In this document: positions 27,193 to 32,000 of the stretch, piece by piece
Numbering within the stretch: the first letter of the stretch is position 1
Layout of the letters: each line of letters begins with the position of its first letter
Origin: Trichodesmium erythraeum IMS101
GTDB lineage: Bacteria; Cyanobacteriota; Cyanobacteriia; Cyanobacteriales; Microcoleaceae
Assembly (NCBI RefSeq): GCF_000014265.1
Contig: NC_008312.1
Location: 3,660,001 to 3,692,000 of the forward strand
Reading direction: 5' to 3'
Length of the DNA: 32,000 nucleotides
Notes under the pieces: model-generated
What the model was told of the DNA's origin: nothing
What the model saw: the letters and a program-made list of their open reading frames with translations, nothing else
Database searches by the model: none
Translations under genes and position numbers: made by a program

Positions 27193-29327
27193 CTATAAAG
27201 TTTTGTCAATTCCGTCTTGGTCAAATCAAAAAAAACATGTAGTTTGTGCTATGTTAGTCTGGAATTTTCTCAAAAGGTTAGCAGTAAAAATAGGAAAAAC
27301 TATGTACATAGTCAAACATGAATTACTCTCAGACTATTTGAGCTAAGAATTGAAGAAAACTACAATAAAATTCAGGGTTTCCAATGATTTTGTAAGCATT
27401 TTTTACTCTAGTGTTAATAATGGTAATTTTATTAAAGCGATCGCTATAAATTTGTAACCTTTGGCGGAGCATGGTGGCGGCAGCTACATTACTCTATTTA
27501 GCATACTCTATATATAGTATCTTTGCCTAAATTTTAAGTTTATAACTGTGATTTTCGGGTTGCCAGAAATAACTATCATATTATACTGCTTTATAATGTA
27601 AATTGTTAACTAAGTCAAAACTCCTCCCAAAGAAACCCCCTGACTCCACAGCAAGATTTTAACAACTCAAAGCTTTGATACTCTCCGTAATTTGAAGTAA
27701 TTATTTCACATATGTATATATTTTAAAACTATTTGTAACATTCTTTTTTAATCCTTAGTATAAAAATACTTTTTCAGCAAACCGTATATAGAAAATGATC
27801 TTCTAAAATTTCCCCCTATTGATATTGATAGAAACTCTCACTATAAATTTCCGGATATTCCATAGAGGTTGAGTATGAAGAAAATAGATAGCCTATTTAC
27901 CAATCTCTAAATCAATGTATCAATATATATTATCAACAAGTATTTTTATCAGTCCTGTTCTTATAGGACTGAACGCAATTCCAGAAACTACTAGTAACTT
28001 CACACATATACCACAACTAAAATCTGCGGGGCAAAGCCCTATACAACTTGCTGCTCACAAACTAGAGCAAGAAGACGTGACAGCAGGCACATCACGAGAT
28101 ACTAGAGACTAATAAACAAAAAACATAGTGAAAACTTACCTGTCGAGATAATAAACCAGGTGCTTTACCCTAATTATTATTTTTTTATCTCACGAAATTT
28201 CATTAATTAACCTAGTTTTTAATCACATCAAGTATGCCTGCTTTAGAGTGTTATAACAAGCAAGGTTTATGGAAGAGGAACGTCTTTTAGTATATCTATA
28301 TGCTGTGGTTTTATTTGATAATAAATTAATTGTTCAATAGTTGTAAAAAAAACATCTCAGTTTTCTGTTTTAGTACTTGCCATCAAATACTGTAACCAAT
28401 TTATTTGAAAACAAATATCTAGAGACTGTCTGGCTAGCGAGAGTTTTTTTGTTATTTTCTGCCAGCACAATACAACCATGATCTCATACTCCATAGTCAT
28501 TCAATTAAACTGTTTTCACCACTTATTTTTCCTGTAATTATCTGAGTTCAATAGTTAGTCGTCGCTCCTGAATTTTAACTGTAGCGATCGCTTATATCAT
28601 GCCCCTTTAAATACCCATCGTGTTGTAGAAAAAAAATCAGGGAGTTAGGAGCAATTTTTGTCTAAGGAAAAGCATTTTTATTATCACTCACTAATAAGAC
28701 TTGATCTAAGCTTGTTCTTGTAAACACACCAAACCTTTCTTTGACTAATTGACTTTGAAGATGTCAGAAATAATTGGAAACTAAAGCTCTGAAATAATTT
28801 TCTGAAATTACTGATCACGTCAAAGGTTTGAATTTTGAAAATCTTACTTGCCCCTTTTGGAAGTGGTAAGGGTGGGAGTGAATTTCTAGCTTCCCTGAAA
28901 CGGTATTAATTCTTGAGAAATTATAGTTAAATTAGATTGATAACACAGCTTTTTTCAGTTCTCAATATCTATAACTAATGACCTCGCAAAAATATAACTA
29001 ATTCTTGTATTAAAGCATCTATAAAAGCATCAAGTGTCACATATCAGTTATCAGATGTTAAGTTTAAAAATCAACAAATTGACAACATCTGACTACCACA
29101 TTCATTAATTTTAGCTCGTTAAACCTGAATAACTTTTGACTTAAATCATTTTCTATCTTTGCCTTCTTCCAACAAACCTCAAACCACAAAACCAACAAAC
29201 CACCAAACCTACTAAAACTAAATAGATGAATAATTACTAATGATCATAATCTATAATATTAGATCATTCGTTTGTCTTGAGTAAAAATTTCAGAGGAAAA
29301 CTCTCACTATTCATGACTATTGAGACA

Positions 29328-31574
29328 CTATGAATTATTTTTCCCCTCAACATACCTCTGCCACATTTCCTCATAAGCCTTCTCCATCTCCAGGGTAAAC
29401 TTTTTAGCATTCCACAACGGGGCAGTTTGCCTCGACTTTCTCAACTTCCAGGATATCTCCTGCCGCAACTTTTCATCTTTCCCTAACCTAATACCCCATT
29501 CCACATATTCTTCATCACTCCAAGCAATACCTTCAGTGATGCCAGTATTCATCATCATTGTATAACTATTGCGTGCGGCAAACTGTTGACCAACCCTTGT
29601 TACCATAGGGATGCACATCCAGAGAGTTTCTAGAGTGGTGGTAGCACCATTGTAGGGATAAGTATCTAAAACAATATCTGCAATACCTAAATTAGCTCGG
29701 TGAGTTTGTTCTAGACTGACCTCTTCTATCGGTATAAGACGATCGCTACTAATACCTTCTGACTCAGCAATATCGATCAATAATTCAGATAAAGTGTCTG
29801 AGTCACCTAAATTTTTAAATAAGAAGTAACTCTGGGGAACTTCCTTGAGGATTTTCATTTGCAGTCTGACAGTATCGGGATTATATTTATGACCTCTCTG
29901 AGCAGTAAAATAAACTACTGCATCACTGGGAATACCTAAATCTTCTCGTTTGATGCTAGGTACGTCTACCTCAAAACCATTTACAGCTAAATAAGTTTGA
30001 GGTAGACGCCAAATTTTATGGGGGTAATAGTCTTGAGCATTTTCTGGCAAAACATAAGGATCGGCGATAAAATAATCAACAGTTGGTATTCCTGAAGCAT
30101 CCCAACCTAGCCATGTTACTTGAATTGGTGCTGCCTTCATTGCCATAATTGAACAACTATTAGTTAATGTTGTACTATCTAAATCAATTAAAATATCTAT
30201 TTCGTCTTCATAAATATCTTCTGCCATTTCTGTACTGACAATACCGTAAACATGAGCTTTTGTAGCTTGATTAATATACCACTGTTGTAGAGAATCATTG
30301 CGATTTTCTGCCCCCTGTAAATAGGCATAAATTTCATATTTTTCTCGATTGTGATATTTAAATAGCCATCGGGCAATCCATCCTACAGAATGTTTTCTTA
30401 AACAATGGGATAAATACCCGATTTTTAGAGTTTTTTTTGTCGGATGTATTTGTTTTTGTGAGAATAACTTCTGATGATATTTATTGATTTTTTCAGAACA
30501 AGCTTTTGCTAAATTCAGTTGACATAGCTCTGCTACCTGAGTGCGGATTTTCATGTTTTTTTCTGGGCAATCTCTGGCATAGGGGAAGAAAAAAACAGAA
30601 CTATACAAACGTATCGCTGCTCCGGCAAGTTCTTGGGGAGATTCTGTAATCAGAGATTGTAATAGCTTTTCTTCTTTTTCAACAGCTTCTTGAACTTCTT
30701 TGTCACATCCTTTTGACGCTATTAAAGAACGACAAACTAAATAATAATCTATAACTTTTTCAAAGGTTTTTTTTGATAAAGCAGAACTCTTTTGGGCATA
30801 CTCAATACCTAGATCATACTCTTTTAAGTCTGTGCTAAATTGCGCCATAGTTCTCAAGACTTCCTTATTCTCTGGCACAAAATTCAACAATATTTCTGTA
30901 TATTTTCTGGCGACTCCTACTTCTGCAAAGGAGTAAGCAATCTGATATATGGGTGGTATTAAACAACTAACAAGCGCAGGTTTATCCTCTATTTTTTCTG
31001 CAACAACTGAGGCAAATTCTATAGATGATAAGTTGATGGGGTCGTATTCCATCAGATCTCTTAATAGATATAGCAAGAAAGTTTGATCAAGTTCTTGAGC
31101 CCTGCTATTTTCTAGTTGTTTAATAACTTGATATTCAGTCAATTTATCTGCTGTATAGTTTTCAATAGTAATAGACAAATAAATTAAATGCAATAAATTA
31201 TGAATATCAGTGGGGTTAATTTCCCGAGTGTGTTGTCTGATGAGCCAAGAAACAGAATAATTTTCTGCTGTTGCTTGTCTATTTGCTTCTGTTACCAATA
31301 CCTGTACTAATTTTTCTGTCCACAGCTCAATCTCTTCTGTGTCTCCATCCACCATACCTAATAACCAGGTTGTCTGTGCCTCCTGTTCTTTTCCTTGCAA
31401 TAGTAAAATTAAACCTAACTGCCAGTAGTATGATTTGCATTCAGGATCAGCGTTTATTGCTTGCTTATAAAAATTTGCTGCTTTTGCATAATTTCCATTT
31501 CTGAAACAAGCATCAGCTTCTTCTTGCCAAGATTCCATATTGCCGAAAGTATTTTTGGGAAGCATATTACACAA
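29328..31574 (-). CDS. TPR-containing O-GlcNAc-transferase-like glycosyltransferase (GT41, SPINDLY family-like)
   Basis: 748 aa. It has N-terminal TPR-like helices (GNYAKAANFYKQAINADPE...). The C-terminal half has GT41-typical segments: KIGYLSHCLRKHSVGWIARWLF, IQVTWLGWDASGIPTVDYFIADPYVLPE and LDTYPYNGATTTLETLWMCIPMVT. Confidence 0.85.
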   Translation of the reverse strand: MCNMLPKNTFGNMESWQEEADACFRNGNYAKAANFYKQAINADPECKSYYWQLGLILLLQGKEQEAQTTWLLGMVDGDTEEIELWTEKLVQVLVTEANRQATAENYSVSWLIRQHTREINPTDIHNLLHLIYLSITIENYTADKLTEYQVIKQLENSRAQELDQTFLLYLLRDLMEYDPINLSSIEFASVVAEKIEDKPALVSCLIPPIYQIAYSFAEVGVARKYTEILLNFVPENKEVLRTMAQFSTDLKEYDLGIEYAQKSSALSKKTFEKVIDYYLVCRSLIASKGCDKEVQEAVEKEEKLLQSLITESPQELAGAAIRLYSSVFFFPYARDCPEKNMKIRTQVAELCQLNLAKACSEKINKYHQKLFSQKQIHPTKKTLKIGYLSHCLRKHSVGWIARWLFKYHNREKYEIYAYLQGAENRNDSLQQWYINQATKAHVYGIVSTEMAEDIYEDEIDILIDLDSTTLTNSCSIMAMKAAPIQVTWLGWDASGIPTVDYFIADPYVLPENAQDYYPHKIWRLPQTYLAVNGFEVDVPSIKREDLGIPSDAVVYFTAQRGHKYNPDTVRLQMKILKEVPQSYFLFKNLGDSDTLSELLIDIAESEGISSDRLIPIEEVSLEQTHRANLGIADIVLDTYPYNGATTTLETLWMCIPMVTRVGQQFAARNSYTMMMNTGITEGIAWSDEEYVEWGIRLGKDEKLRQEISWKLRKSRQTAPLWNAKKFTLEMEKAYEEMWQRYVEGKNNS

Positions 31575-32000
31575 TTAAACTTGATTTTTATACAAAACAG
31601 GGCCTTGGTGATTTTGGCTATGGCCTTGCATTAACACTAATCACCTAACTATTAACCGAAAAGCATTTTATACTTAGCTAAGTTTAGTTATTATAGCTTG
31701 GCTCACCAAAACTAAAAATAGATAGTACTGAATGTACTACCTATTTTTAAGTTTACATTTTTATTAGTCAAGTCTTCTTGAAGTATGAGATATACTTCCC
31801 ACGTTTGTGGTATGGACTTTAATACCACTGTTTATTATCTTGATGAATTCTCCTGGCCATGGACCAATAGTATAGGGTGGGTAACAACCCAGAGACCAAG
31901 ATAATAGTAGATTTCTTACGCCCTCTATGGCAGAACTAAAACCAGTACAGAATACAAGGACAAGTAAACCAACCTAATGAGTTAAAATTCTCAGTCTTTG

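Noticed and set aside
27915-28112. 65-aa ORF (MYQYILSTSIFISPVLIGLNAIPE...) in the ORF-poor region, and the 11-codon SD-preceded ORF at 27875
   Set aside because: There is no recognisable family and no clear ribosome-binding site for the 65-aa ORF. It sits isolated in apparently decayed DNA, so it cannot be supported from sequence alone.

Overview
This is an AT-rich chromosomal segment that looks cyanobacterial, most likely from a heterocyst-forming (Nostocales-type) lineage. I counted 17 exact copies of the HIP1 palindrome GCGATCGC by eye, against roughly 0.5 expected for any 8-mer in 32 kb, and several genes are followed by STRR-like heptamer runs. I found no rRNA, tRNA or CRISPR array.

Gene content, left to right:
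- a truncated hypothetical gene (1-556, minus strand)
- acetyl-CoA synthetase (872-2839)
- a P-loop GTPase with a DUF697-like membrane tail (3405-4739), preceded by a decayed tandem copy of its own promoter and 5' end
- a same-strand module (5247-9755): a hypothetical protein, a dynamin-like GTPase interrupted by in-frame TGA codons, and a translationally coupled single-TM protein
- an RND efflux pair (adaptor 10590-12419, pump 12572-15706)
- a 1 kb intergenic region with a GC-rich, stem-rich block (about 16121-16433) that looks like a structured RNA of unknown class
- a second membrane GTPase (16730-18637)
- a small 80-aa gene and a HEAT-repeat protein
- a 1421-aa SF1 (UvrD-like) helicase fused to 16 TPR repeats (20800-25065, minus strand)
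- surE
- a decayed IS200/IS605-type TnpB relic (about 26222-27192), followed by about 2.1 kb with almost no ORFs
- a TPR/GT41 (SPINDLY-like) glycosyltransferase (29328-31574, minus strand)

Nothing here can be shown to be a new system from sequence alone. The candidates most worth follow-up are the interrupted dynamin-like module, the helicase-TPR giant, the unclassified structured-RNA candidate, and the mirrored repeat expansions in the efflux adaptor. All family assignments come from motif recognition by eye, because no searches could be run.
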